64,000 nucleotides of DNA from Dehalococcoidia bacterium (GTDB taxonomy: Bacteria; Chloroflexota; Dehalococcoidia; Lucifugimonadales; UBA3495). The notes under the pieces were generated by a model, which worked only from the letters and a program-made list of their open reading frames with translations, had not been told where the DNA came from and searched no databases. The DNA lies in assembly GCA_963667325.2 (NCBI GenBank), contig CAXXKY010000006.1, positions 49,666 through 113,665 of the forward strand, written 5' to 3'. The position numbers were made by a program, and so were the translations under genes. This document shows, in pieces, positions 8,761 through 17,617 of this stretch. Position 1 is the first letter of the stretch, and each line of letters opens with the position of its first letter.

Positions 8761-9816
8761 CTAAATCTGGCGCAGCCGTGGGTCCAACTTATCGCGCAGC
8801 CAGTCGCCGAACAGGTTAACCGCGAGCACGGTCAGAGCCATGGCTATTCCGGGGAACAGGGCCGTCCACCAAGCTGTCTGCAGCAGCCCGCGCCCCTCGG
8901 CTATCATCAGGCCCCACGCCGGTTGTGGCGGCGGCACACCAACGCCGAGGAAGCTCAGCGAACCTTCCAATAGTATCACATAGCCCACCTGCAACGTGGA
9001 GATCACCAGCAGCGACGGCACGATGTTGGGCAGTATGTGTTTAAGGCTGATCCGCAGCCCCGAGCTGCCCGCCACAACCGAGCGGGCCACGAAGTCCTGC
9101 TCCTTAAGCGCAAGTGCCTCCCCGCGCACCTGGCGGGCAAATCGGGGCCACAACAGCAATCCTATGATAATGATGATGTTCTGCAACGAAGGCTGGGAGA
9201 TGGCCGCAACCACCACGGCGATGAGAATAAGCGGCATCGACAGAACGATGTCGGTCATCCGCATCAGGATGGCATCGGCCAGCCCGCCCCGGAATCCGGC
9301 AATCAACCCGATGGTGGTTCCGATGCTCCCCGCCACCAGGATCGCAACTATGGAAACTATCAAGGAGGGCCGGGTCCCGTGGATCACGCGGGTAAGCACG
9401 TCGCGGCCCTGAATGTCGGTGCCGAGAATGTACTTCCACGAGCCTCCGGGCCGCAGTGTCTCCAGCTCCGCGCCCGCCACCAGTTCACCGCCCCCGGCGA
9501 CCCGGGCCCTTCCGGAGTCGATGTCCCGGCCGGCCTCGGCGATATTGATCTGGGTCAGGAAATCGGTGGCCCGTCCGTCCACCACGGTCTTGGTCTCAAC
9601 CACGCTCTCCCCAACCCACACCGGTGGGAGCAGGCTGTCACGCAACTCTCCTCGGGTCGGCGAATGGGGCGCGATTACGTCGGCGAAGATGGCGGTGACC
9701 AACAACAGCACCAGAATGGCCACTGGGATCAGCGGCAACTGGCGCAGTCCGGCCAGAGCTAGCACCGCCCAGCTTGCGGGGCCTCGTTCCGGTCCTTCCA
9801 GTACTACTACGGCCAC
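8761..9816 (-). CDS. ABC transporter permease (DppC/OppC-type) with extended extracytoplasmic N-terminal loop
   Basis: 351-aa ORF. Contains ILGTDIQGRDVLTRVIHG and a C-terminal NLFGDWLRDKLDPRLRQI typical of peptide/opine-type permeases. Confidence 0.85.
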   Translation of the reverse strand: MAVVVLEGPERGPASWAVLALAGLRQLPLIPVAILVLLLVTAIFADVIAPHSPTRGELRDSLLPPVWVGESVVETKTVVDGRATDFLTQINIAEAGRDIDSGRARVAGGGELVAGAELETLRPGGSWKYILGTDIQGRDVLTRVIHGTRPSLIVSIVAILVAGSIGTTIGLIAGFRGGLADAILMRMTDIVLSMPLILIAVVVAAISQPSLQNIIIIIGLLLWPRFARQVRGEALALKEQDFVARSVVAGSSGLRISLKHILPNIVPSLLVISTLQVGYVILLEGSLSFLGVGVPPPQPAWGLMIAEGRGLLQTAWWTALFPGIAMALTVLAVNLFGDWLRDKLDPRLRQI

Positions 9817-9833
9817 GGATCACTCCTTGCCAG

Positions 9834-10751
9834 TCAGGTCAGCCTTATTCGCGGGTCAAGATATCCGTAGAGAATATCCACCAGCAGGTTGGCCAGTATG
9901 TAGATCGCGCTGAACACCACTACCCCGCCCTGGATCAGTGGGTAGTCCCGGGTCCGCACACCATCCAGAATTAGGCTGCCCAGCCCAGGCCAGGCGAACA
10001 CCGTTTCCGTAACCACCGCCGCGCCGAGAAAAAGGGTGAACAGCACCACCGAGAAGGTGATGACTGGAATGAGGGAGTTCTTCAGCGCGTGCTTCCAGAT
10101 GACCTTGGTCTCGCTCAGTCCCTTGATGCGCGCCAGCTTGATGTACTCTGCGTTCAGCACGTCGAGCATACTGGAGCGGGTCAGGCGCATTATCGCCGCA
10201 GTGGTCAGGTATCCCATGGACAAGGCCGGCAGGATGATGCTTTCAGGGCTTTCTTTACCGCCGGGGGGCAGCACCCCCAGAACCACGGCGAAGATGAGTA
10301 TGAGCAACACCCCCAGCCAGAAGGACGGCATGGACTGGCCCAGCACGGCGAACAGCCGGGCTATGCCGTCCCACCGCGTCCCGCGATTCACCGCCGCATA
10401 GATGCCGATGGGCAGGCCTATGACAATGCTGATGGCCATGGCGGCGAAGCCCAACTGCAGTGTGTTGGGCAGCCGCTGCCAGATCAGTTCCCGCACCGGC
10501 TGGCGGCTGATTACTGATTCACCCAGGTCAAAGACAAACATATCCCGGACGTAGGTAGCCCACTGGACCGCCAAGGGTCGGTCCAGGCCCAGGTCCTTGC
10601 GGATGGCCTCCATCTGCTCTTCGCTGGCGCTAATGTCGGCCAGCAACTGCACCGGATCGCCTGAAAGCCGGGACAGCATAAAGACGATGGTCATTACGAC
10701 CAGCAGACTGACGATGGCCTGAAGGAACCGTAGCGCGATGTAGCGTGTCAT
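9834..10751 (-). CDS. ABC transporter permease (DppB/OppB-type)
   Basis: 305-aa ORF. MTRYIALRFLQAIVSLLVV, LDRPLAVQW, YIKLARIKGLSE and LDPRIR are all typical of this type. Confidence 0.85.
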   Translation of the reverse strand: MTRYIALRFLQAIVSLLVVMTIVFMLSRLSGDPVQLLADISASEEQMEAIRKDLGLDRPLAVQWATYVRDMFVFDLGESVISRQPVRELIWQRLPNTLQLGFAAMAISIVIGLPIGIYAAVNRGTRWDGIARLFAVLGQSMPSFWLGVLLILIFAVVLGVLPPGGKESPESIILPALSMGYLTTAAIMRLTRSSMLDVLNAEYIKLARIKGLSETKVIWKHALKNSLIPVITFSVVLFTLFLGAAVVTETVFAWPGLGSLILDGVRTRDYPLIQGGVVVFSAIYILANLLVDILYGYLDPRIRLT

Positions 10752-10797
10752 GGCGCCGCCCTTCTTCCCTTCTACCTACGGAGGGGTGCAAATTGAG

Positions 10798-10823
10798 GAG
10801 GGCGCAGGTTCTTTCGCGCCCTC
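10798..10823 (-). other. Intercistronic GC hairpin between SBP and permease genes
   Basis: GAGGGCGC-10 nt-GCGCCCTC in the 86-bp SBP-permease spacer. Confidence 0.5.
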
Positions 10824-10837
10824 GAGTATGACTTGAC

Positions 10838-12658
10838 CTACTCGGCCAGCGTCACCGGCTGTCCCGGCGGTGCCCAGTTCAGGTTGACGTATGCCGTGTT
10901 GTGGATGAAACCGTTGCCAGGAGCGGTGGCCCAGGTCTTCACGTTCTCACCTATGCCGTACAGGCCGAACACCTCGGCGATTTCAATGCGCGGCAATTGG
11001 GAATACATGTGCCGCCCCATCTCCTGTAACAAGACCACCCGCTCGTCGAAGTCCGCCGTGGCGCCCAACTCGTCCAGGTAATCGCTGAACGTGCGGTCCT
11101 CATAGGCCAGCATTGCCGTGCCGTCGATATGGGAGTTGAGCCGCAGCAACTGCCACGGTTCCCGCCCCACGAATGGCATGGCGTAGGGCACTGCTACCCC
11201 TGGATATGTGCGCTCCCGGAAATCAGTGGCGAACACCGCCCGGTCCAAGGGCCGGCGGGTTATCCGGCATCCCAGGTTGGCTTCCCACTGGGTCGCCACA
11301 GCTTCACCCACCGCGGGAAGGAAAGCGCGTCCCGGCCACGGCACCAGGTTGATGGTGAACTCCCAGCACCCCTCGTGTCCCGCCTCAGCCAGCAGCCTGC
11401 GTGCCTCGTCAGGGTCGTACCCAATGGGCGCGAACTCATCCAGCGTCCATGGCTCGCCAGAGAAATAGAAAGGCAGGGACACGTTGGCTTGCCCCAGTCC
11501 GCCCAGTGCCACATCCACCACCGTCTCCTTGTCTACGGCGAGGGCCAGCGCCTTGCGCACCATGTAAGCCTTGTCCTTGTCCTCCTGGGCCCAGGGCACT
11601 GTCGGGTCGTAGGTATCCTTGGTATCCCACTGTCCGCCCAGGGTGATGCCCACTGTGGCGAAGCCCGGCACGGTCTTGATCTGCACGTTGCCGGCCCTCA
11701 GCTCGTTGGCGAAATCTACGCCAATGTCAATAATGTCCACCGTTCCTGCCCGTATCTGGGCCACGCGGGTGGAATTCTCCACCGTCTTGAGGAAGCTCAT
11801 GTTGGCGAAGGCCGGGGTAAGTTTCCAGTGCCCCTGCACCGCCTCGAAATCCATCCGGACCCCACGGTCATGATTGATCAGCTTGTAGGGGCCGGATGCG
11901 ATGGGTTCTACGTCGGCGACCTCGTCTCCGACCCGCTCGTTGTAGTCTTTGGGGTAGATGTACTGGACTCCTGGGATGCCTGAATTCAGGTCGCCGCCGA
12001 AGAGGATTTCCGGTTCATTGAAGTTGACAATGATGGTCTGGGGGTCGGGAGTCTCATAGCCTTCGATCTTGCGGAATACGCCGGCCCGTGAGTTGGCGGT
12101 GTCATCGGCGCCAAACTGCTCAAACGAGAACTGCACATCGGCAGAGGTCACTGGGCCTTCTCCGTTGTGCCACTGCGGGCCTTCGCGCAGCCGGAACTCC
12201 CAGACGAGACCGCCGTCCCGGACTTCCCACGATTCTGCCAACTCTCCGATATTGTCCCCTGTCTCCGGATTCCGAGTTAGCAGGTTTTCCAGGATGGAGT
12301 GGAAGGCGGTATCCTCCGCACCAGCGGATGCGCCAGCCAGCCATCGCTCATTGCCGAAGGTCGCCATCGCCACCCGCAACTCTCCGGTGGGCGTGTGCGT
12401 TGCAGCCGACGGTGGCGCCGGTGCAGCGGTCGCCTGGGGGACGGCCGTCGCCGCTGGTGCAGCCGTGGCCGCTGGCGCAGCCGTGGCTGCAGGTGCTGCC
12501 GTGGCCGCAGGTGCCGTCGTGGCTGCGGGGGCCGTGGTTGCAGCAGGAGCCGACGTGGCGGCCGGAGCCGCTTCGTCATCCCCTCCACATGCAGCGACAA
12601 GAGCCAACGCCAATGCAAGAATTACCGGAATTATCACCCTGACGTTTATGAACCTCAC
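10838..12658 (-). CDS. ABC transporter substrate-binding lipoprotein, family 5 (peptide/nickel/opine type)
   Basis: 606-aa ORF. It has a signal plus lipobox (LVAACGG), then the (APAATx)n linker, then a family-5 SBP body (ELAESWEV..., GPYKL...). Confidence 0.85.
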   Translation of the reverse strand: MRFINVRVIIPVILALALALVAACGGDDEAAPAATSAPAATTAPAATTAPAATAAPAATAAPAATAAPAATAVPQATAAPAPPSAATHTPTGELRVAMATFGNERWLAGASAGAEDTAFHSILENLLTRNPETGDNIGELAESWEVRDGGLVWEFRLREGPQWHNGEGPVTSADVQFSFEQFGADDTANSRAGVFRKIEGYETPDPQTIIVNFNEPEILFGGDLNSGIPGVQYIYPKDYNERVGDEVADVEPIASGPYKLINHDRGVRMDFEAVQGHWKLTPAFANMSFLKTVENSTRVAQIRAGTVDIIDIGVDFANELRAGNVQIKTVPGFATVGITLGGQWDTKDTYDPTVPWAQEDKDKAYMVRKALALAVDKETVVDVALGGLGQANVSLPFYFSGEPWTLDEFAPIGYDPDEARRLLAEAGHEGCWEFTINLVPWPGRAFLPAVGEAVATQWEANLGCRITRRPLDRAVFATDFRERTYPGVAVPYAMPFVGREPWQLLRLNSHIDGTAMLAYEDRTFSDYLDELGATADFDERVVLLQEMGRHMYSQLPRIEIAEVFGLYGIGENVKTWATAPGNGFIHNTAYVNLNWAPPGQPVTLAE

Positions 12659-12822
12659 TGCTGGACCTCCACAATCGGATTATCCAAGAGTCCTATCCGG
12701 CTTCCAGAAATTTACGATATTCGTAACTTTCTTGGGCTATTTGCCAGTGAATCAGATCTATTTGTGTACAATTTGTCGACCTGTTAGCAATAAATCTCCT
12801 ATCTGCTCGCAAGTTGGACGGG

Positions 12823-12851
12823 ATATTAGCATCGGGTATATGGACTGTCAA
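12823..12851 (-). promoter_or_regulatory. Candidate sigma70-type promoter for importer module 1
   Basis: Minus strand reads TTGACA-17 nt-TAATAT, about 165 nt upstream of the SBP start. Confidence 0.45.
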
Positions 12852-12884
12852 CGCTAATCATCAGGGAAATATGGTCATAAAATT

Positions 12885-12907
12885 AGGGCAGGGCCATTGC
12901 CTGCCCT
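12885..12907 (-). terminator. Hairpin terminator candidate downstream of importer module 2
   Basis: AGGGCAGG-gccattg-CCTGCCCT. The minus-strand tail is AATTTTAT. Confidence 0.45.
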
Positions 12908-12948
12908 TTATGTTGAGGCTTGTGAGCAGGGAAGTTTCTTACGTTTTT

Positions 12949-13030
12949 GGAACCCGCCATCCGTTTGAGAACCCTACATTTGGGAAGCCGCCATCTAATT
13001 AGTAACCCTACATTTGGGAACCCTTTATCG
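12949..13030. repeat. 34-bp tandem repeat, about 2.4 copies
   Basis: The two full copies are GGAACCCGCCATCCGTTTGAGAACCCTACATTTG and GGAAGCCGCCATCTAATTAGTAACCCTACATTTG. They are followed by a partial third copy (GGAACCCTTTATC...). Confidence 0.75.
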
Positions 13031-13099
13031 GAATGGTCAGGGCTGGAACCGCATCAGACTGCGCACTCGCCGTGTCCCTTGGCTGAACTCCCCGGGCGC

Positions 13100-14140
13100 C
13101 TAAATCTGACGGAGGCGAGGGTCCAGCTTATCCCGAAGCCAGTCACCAAAGAGATTGAGGGACATCACGGTGAGTAGAATTGCGGCTCCCGGAACGGTCG
13201 CTATCCACCAGGCGTCGGTAAGCCTGTCCCGTCCGTCGGCCACCATCGATCCCCAGGCCGGCTCCGGGGGAGGTATACCTGCCCCCAAGAAGCTCAGGGT
13301 GGCCTCAACCAGGATCACTATCCCGACCTGCAGGGTGGCTACCACGATGAGGGTGTTGGTGGTGCCTGGGAAGAGATGCTTGAACAGAATACGCCAGGTT
13401 GAAGCTCCCGCCACTCTCGCCAGAGCCACGTAGTCCATCGTCTTGAGTTGCAGCACTTCGCCGCGCACCATGCGGGCAAATCGAGGCCAGATCCAGAGCG
13501 CCAGCACAATCACAATTATTTCCAGGGACTGCCCCACCGCCACCACCAGTACCAGCGCCACCAGGATCAGGGGCAGGGACAGAATAATGTCCACAAGGCG
13601 CATCAGAATCTCGTCCACCCATCCCCCGTACCAGCCTGCCACCAACCCCAGGGTTACCCCCAGTACGCCGCCGACGCCAAGGGTAACCAGCGAGACGATC
13701 AGCGAAATGCGGGCGCCGAAAATCACCCGGCTCAGCAGGTCCCGGCCCAAGTGGTCCGTACCCAGCAGAAATTCGGTGCTGCCGCCCGCACGGAAAATCA
13801 CTTCGATTGTATCGCCCACCTGCACGTTGGGGTCGATTTCCTGCGCCTCTTCCAGCGGTATCTGCACATGGCGCTTTCCGGTCGCCGGCTCGTCTACCAC
13901 CAGCTTGTCCACGGTGGTGGGAGCACCCCAGAAGGGCGGCAGGTTCCGGTCGGAGAGGTCCCCATTTTCGGGATCATGGGGCGCAATCCAGTTCGCCGCT
14001 ATGCCGGTGATTACTACCAGCAGTATCAGCAACACCGAGATTATGGGCAACCGCCGCCACCTCTGGTGGATTCCAGATATCCAGCCCCTCACCACACGCG
14101 GCGCTGCTGCGATCTGTCCGGCTGTTTCTATTGCTGCCAT
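13100..14140 (-). CDS. ABC transporter permease (DppC/OppC-type), paralogue of 8761-9816
   Basis: 346-aa ORF with LLGTDHLGRDLLSRVIFG and an identical C-terminal NLFGDWLRDKLDPRLRQI. Confidence 0.85.
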   Translation of the reverse strand: MAAIETAGQIAAAPRVVRGWISGIHQRWRRLPIISVLLILLVVITGIAANWIAPHDPENGDLSDRNLPPFWGAPTTVDKLVVDEPATGKRHVQIPLEEAQEIDPNVQVGDTIEVIFRAGGSTEFLLGTDHLGRDLLSRVIFGARISLIVSLVTLGVGGVLGVTLGLVAGWYGGWVDEILMRLVDIILSLPLILVALVLVVAVGQSLEIIVIVLALWIWPRFARMVRGEVLQLKTMDYVALARVAGASTWRILFKHLFPGTTNTLIVVATLQVGIVILVEATLSFLGAGIPPPEPAWGSMVADGRDRLTDAWWIATVPGAAILLTVMSLNLFGDWLRDKLDPRLRQI

Positions 14141-14226
14141 GATCTGGTGTGCCCCTTGCGCCCTTGATCCCGCCGTACGGAATCACCGCTTACTTGGATA
14201 ATCGCGAGACCCTGTCTGCCCGCCAT

Positions 14227-15150
14227 TCAGGAATATCGAATCCTCGGGTCTATGTAGGCGTAGAGAACATCCACCATGAAGGCCGCCCCCACGTACAGCA
14301 ATGTGTAGGTTATTACCACGCCCTGGAGCACCGGGTAGTCCGATGCCAGCATGGCCGTCACCGCCAGCCTCCCTAGTCCGGGCCAAGCGAAAACCACCTC
14401 GGTGGTCAGTGAGCCCGCCACCAGGCTGCCCATGGTTACCCCCGCAAAGGTCAGCGGGGGAATCAGCGCATTCCGCAGCGAGTGCTTCCAGATGATTGCC
14501 TTCGATGAGACGCCCTTGGCCCTCGCCAGCTTGATGTACTCCGAGTCCAGCACATCCAGCATGGCCGACCGCACCAGCCTCATGTTCGCCGCGACGAAGA
14601 ACCAGCCCAAGGTGACCGCCGGCAGAATGATGCCCTTCCAGTCCTCGTTTCCCGATGGAGGCACCCAGCCCAGTCTCACCGCGAAGAAGAAGATCATCAT
14701 TATCCCGATCCAGAAGGGAGGAGCCGATTGGCCGATCAGCGCAACCACCTTCCCGATGTTGTCCAGGATACCCCCCCGGTTGACCGAAGAAAGGATCCCC
14801 AGCGGAATCCCCACAATCAGTGAAAAGGCGAATGCGGCTGCCCCCAGCTGGAAGGTGGCCACCAAGCGCTCCCAGATAATGTCCGCCGCCTCGCGGTTTT
14901 CCTTGATGGACTTGCCGAAGTTCCCCGTCAGCATGTCCCTCAGGAAAATCCCGTATTGCTCGTAGTAGGGCTTGTTCAGCCCCAGCTTCTCCCCCAGCTC
15001 CTCCCATTGGTCCACGTCCCCGGTGGACAGCTCGCTAAGCATCAGCGTCCGGGGATCCCCCGAAGCCCTGGCCATTATGAAAATGATCAGCGATACGGCC
15101 AGCAGGGTGATGAAGGTGATTATGACCCGTCTAACGAGAAACCTTTGCAT
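14227..15150 (-). CDS. ABC transporter permease (DppB/OppB-type), paralogue of 9834-10751
   Basis: 307-aa ORF with MQRFLVRRVIITFITLLAV, YIKLARAKGVSS and IDPRIR. Confidence 0.85.
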   Translation of the reverse strand: MQRFLVRRVIITFITLLAVSLIIFIMARASGDPRTLMLSELSTGDVDQWEELGEKLGLNKPYYEQYGIFLRDMLTGNFGKSIKENREAADIIWERLVATFQLGAAAFAFSLIVGIPLGILSSVNRGGILDNIGKVVALIGQSAPPFWIGIMMIFFFAVRLGWVPPSGNEDWKGIILPAVTLGWFFVAANMRLVRSAMLDVLDSEYIKLARAKGVSSKAIIWKHSLRNALIPPLTFAGVTMGSLVAGSLTTEVVFAWPGLGRLAVTAMLASDYPVLQGVVITYTLLYVGAAFMVDVLYAYIDPRIRYS

Positions 15151-15295
15151 AGCGGAGCGCCTGATTGCCTGTATGGGGAGGATTTTGCTTCCGGGATTCC
15201 GCCCACCCCCGCGGGGGTGCGGACATCGAAGTCAACGCCGAAGTCAGGGCTGGAATAAGTGCCGGAGTCAGCTCCGCACAGCACCCCTTTATCGA

Positions 15296-15323
15296 GATAC
15301 CCTCCCCGGGCGGGGAGGGTATC
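15296..15323 (-). other. Intercistronic perfect 12-bp GC hairpin between SBP and permease genes
   Basis: GATACCCTCCCC-gggc-GGGGAGGGTATC. A second 16-nt palindrome, CACCCCCGCGGGGGTG, lies about 80 nt further on. Confidence 0.55.
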
Positions 15324-15335
15324 TCTGGGTCCGGC

Positions 15336-17195
15336 CTACTTGCGGTGCGGTGCGAACTCCAGTGCGCTCAGCCGACGGGGATCCCCTGTCTCCAGGTGCT
15401 CCTCCCAGCTGTCGATCTTCGGTCCCAGCGGGTAAATGTTGTTCACCGAATACAGCCCGATGTCGAAGGAGTTGTCCCAGATCCAGTGGGCCATCTCCAA
15501 TTGCAGGGCCCAACGGTCATCCGAGTCGAAGGTCACGTTGGCCTCATTCAACAACTTGGTCAGGAAAGGATGGTCGTTCCCGGCGCTCCAGCTGCCCTCG
15601 GGGTCGTACATGAACCCGTACAGCACCAGTGGCTCCACCAAGGGCTGCGCCGCGTGGCAGGTGATGCCGGTGTTGGTGCGGGCGAACTGTCCCTCTGACA
15701 ACGTGTTGAATGGTATCCGCTGCAGGCGGGCATTGATGCCGACGTCCTGCAACATATCGGCCACCGCCTCGCATGCCTCCACCTCGGCGGGAGCGCCGCG
15801 AATGGACGGTGTCAACTCCACCTCAAACCCGTCGGGGTACCCAGCCTCGATTAATAGCTGTTTGGCCCGCTCTGGGTTGTATTCCCACACCCAGCTTGGG
15901 TCGGCCCGGTGGTCAAAGGACGCCCAGCCCCACATGGACAGCGGCCTACCCTCACCCCTGAGTAGTTCAGTTACCAGCTTCTCCCGGTCTATGGCCAACC
16001 CAATGGCCTGGCGTACCTTCCGAGCTCGTTCCCATTCCTCGGTCGATGTGTCGTCGGTGGGTGAAATGTAGGGAGCCTCTGGGTCCCAGCCCTCCCTTTC
16101 CTTGTCCGTCCCCACATACTCGTGCCACATCCCGTAGATGCCCAGGTGCGACTCCGAGCTTCCCGCCTGGCTCATGAACCTCGTCTCCGGAATCTCGGCC
16201 AGCGTTGGAATCGAGTCCGGCGCCGCGGCGAAGAGGTCTATCTGCCCGGTCTGGAAGTTGGCGATCCGCGTCGCCTCCTCCGGGATTACCCGGAAGTACA
16301 TCTCAGCGAATTCGGGGGTCTTGCGCCAGTGGTCGGCCACAGCCTCAAAGTGCCAGAAATCGTCGGTAGCGTTGTCCGCCATGCTCCAGGGGCCGGTTCC
16401 GGCTGCCCTGACGTTGGCCTCGTCACCTCCTAGCTCATCCACCTGGTCCTTGCTGATGACCCAAGTGCCGGAAGCTGCCGGGCCGTTAATCCAAGTCAGC
16501 ATGTCCCAGCCCGGATCGCCCGTGTTCACCTCTATGGTGTAGTCGTCCAACGCCTTCACGTAGCCCTTTTCGTTCTGCCACAGCCGCCGGATTTGCGCCA
16601 CTCCGGCGGAGATTGAACCCTCGGCGGCGAATTCATTGGTCGACCAGATGACGTCGTCGGCGGTCATCTCGCCCCAGTCGTAGTGGAAGAGCACGCCCTC
16701 TTCCAGCTTGAATGTCCAAGTGAGCTGGTCGTCATCCACGCTCCAGCTCTCAACCAGCTTTGGCCAGTACTCTCCTTTGGAGTCCCGCCCGAACAGCCCC
16801 TCGAAGGCCGCCAACTGTACCACACCGTACTGGGGCCAGCTGGTCTTGCTGGGGTGCCCGGTATAGGGTCCAATCTCTTTGAACCCTATGTTGAGACTTC
16901 CCTCCGGCCCCGTCCCCTCAGCGGCCCGTGGCGGCCTGGTGGCTGCGGGAGCGGCGATAGGGGTTGCTGTTGGCGTCTCCTGGGCCGCCCCTTGCTGCGC
17001 AGCGGTCGGCGCCGCAGTGGGAGCCGGCGCAGTCGTGGCGGCCGGTGCTGCCGTTGCCGCAGGAGCTGTCGTTGCTTCAGCACTTTCCCCCGGAGCCGCA
17101 GCGTCATCAGAACCGCACGCCACTCCCAGAACGAGCAATGAAGCAATCAGGATCAGGGCATACAGGCAGAGTTTAGACCGCAGTGCTGCAAACAT
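15336..17195 (-). CDS. ABC transporter substrate-binding lipoprotein, family 5
   Basis: ORF 15336-17339 trimmed to ATG 17195, which has a GGAGGAG RBS. It then reads MFAALRSKLCLYALILIASLLVLGVACGS (signal + lipobox), an Ala/Pro/Thr linker and a family-5 SBP body. Confidence 0.85.
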   Translation of the reverse strand: MFAALRSKLCLYALILIASLLVLGVACGSDDAAAPGESAEATTAPAATAAPAATTAPAPTAAPTAAQQGAAQETPTATPIAAPAATRPPRAAEGTGPEGSLNIGFKEIGPYTGHPSKTSWPQYGVVQLAAFEGLFGRDSKGEYWPKLVESWSVDDDQLTWTFKLEEGVLFHYDWGEMTADDVIWSTNEFAAEGSISAGVAQIRRLWQNEKGYVKALDDYTIEVNTGDPGWDMLTWINGPAASGTWVISKDQVDELGGDEANVRAAGTGPWSMADNATDDFWHFEAVADHWRKTPEFAEMYFRVIPEEATRIANFQTGQIDLFAAAPDSIPTLAEIPETRFMSQAGSSESHLGIYGMWHEYVGTDKEREGWDPEAPYISPTDDTSTEEWERARKVRQAIGLAIDREKLVTELLRGEGRPLSMWGWASFDHRADPSWVWEYNPERAKQLLIEAGYPDGFEVELTPSIRGAPAEVEACEAVADMLQDVGINARLQRIPFNTLSEGQFARTNTGITCHAAQPLVEPLVLYGFMYDPEGSWSAGNDHPFLTKLLNEANVTFDSDDRWALQLEMAHWIWDNSFDIGLYSVNNIYPLGPKIDSWEEHLETGDPRRLSALEFAPHRK

Positions 17196-17310
17196 AGCTC
17201 CTCCGCAGTGTTGTCTGTGCAATGGCCTACAAGGGTCGTCCTGAGCCAGGGGGATGGCACATATTCGATTGAAAAGGGAAGAGAAGCAGAGAGTGTATGA
17301 AATTCGGGCT

Positions 17311-17339
17311 AGATTACCAATGTTGCGAATTAATGTCAA
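17311..17339 (-). promoter_or_regulatory. Candidate sigma70-type promoter for importer module 2
   Basis: Minus strand reads TTGACA-17 nt-TAATCT in an AT-rich spacer. Confidence 0.45.
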
Positions 17340-17397
17340 TAGAAGGTCATGAGTTTCGAAATTATCAATATTTTTCGTAAATTTAGATATAATTCAT

Positions 17398-17417
17398 ATT
17401 GTGATTCGTATCACAAT
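17398..17417. promoter_or_regulatory. Perfect CRP/FNR-type palindrome ATTGTGA-N6-TCACAAT
   Basis: Direct reading gives TGTGA (17400-17404), ttcgta, then TCACA (17411-17415), extended to 7-bp arms. Confidence 0.4.
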
Positions 17418-17617
17418 TCCAAGCCTCCCACAGCTCTCCCTCCCCTCCGGCTCGGCATCGTGTTCAGGACGTTCCAAATGCAAAAAACGGGGGCAAGCTC
17501 GCAGCTTACCCCCGTTAGACCCCAAACCGGCTCGCGGTCCTGATTCAGGTCTGCTTGATCTGATCTTCCTGCTTATCGCCAGGATTAGGCGGATTTCGCC
17601 GCCCAAACGGTCCCAGG

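Noticed and set aside
12400-12600. Regularly spaced short repeats that could superficially suggest a CRISPR-like array. A similar stretch lies at 16900-17120.
   Set aside because: The period is 18 nt with no spacers, and the repeats lie inside an SBP reading frame coding for APAATx. They are coding low-complexity repeats, not CRISPR.
12814-13177. Short plus-strand ORFs (62 and 76 aa) in the spacer between the importer modules, containing the repeated peptide NPTFG(K/N)P.
   Set aside because: The repeated peptide is a by-product of the 34-bp DNA tandem repeat. The ORFs cross a terminator hairpin and a promoter, and one runs into the antisense of the permease gene.
17196-17339. N-terminal 48-codon extension of the SBP ORF (MTLIRNIGNLARISY...).
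   Set aside because: The extension overlaps the predicted promoter and has no signal-peptide character. The internal ATG at 17195 has a GGAGGAG RBS and starts a canonical lipoprotein signal.
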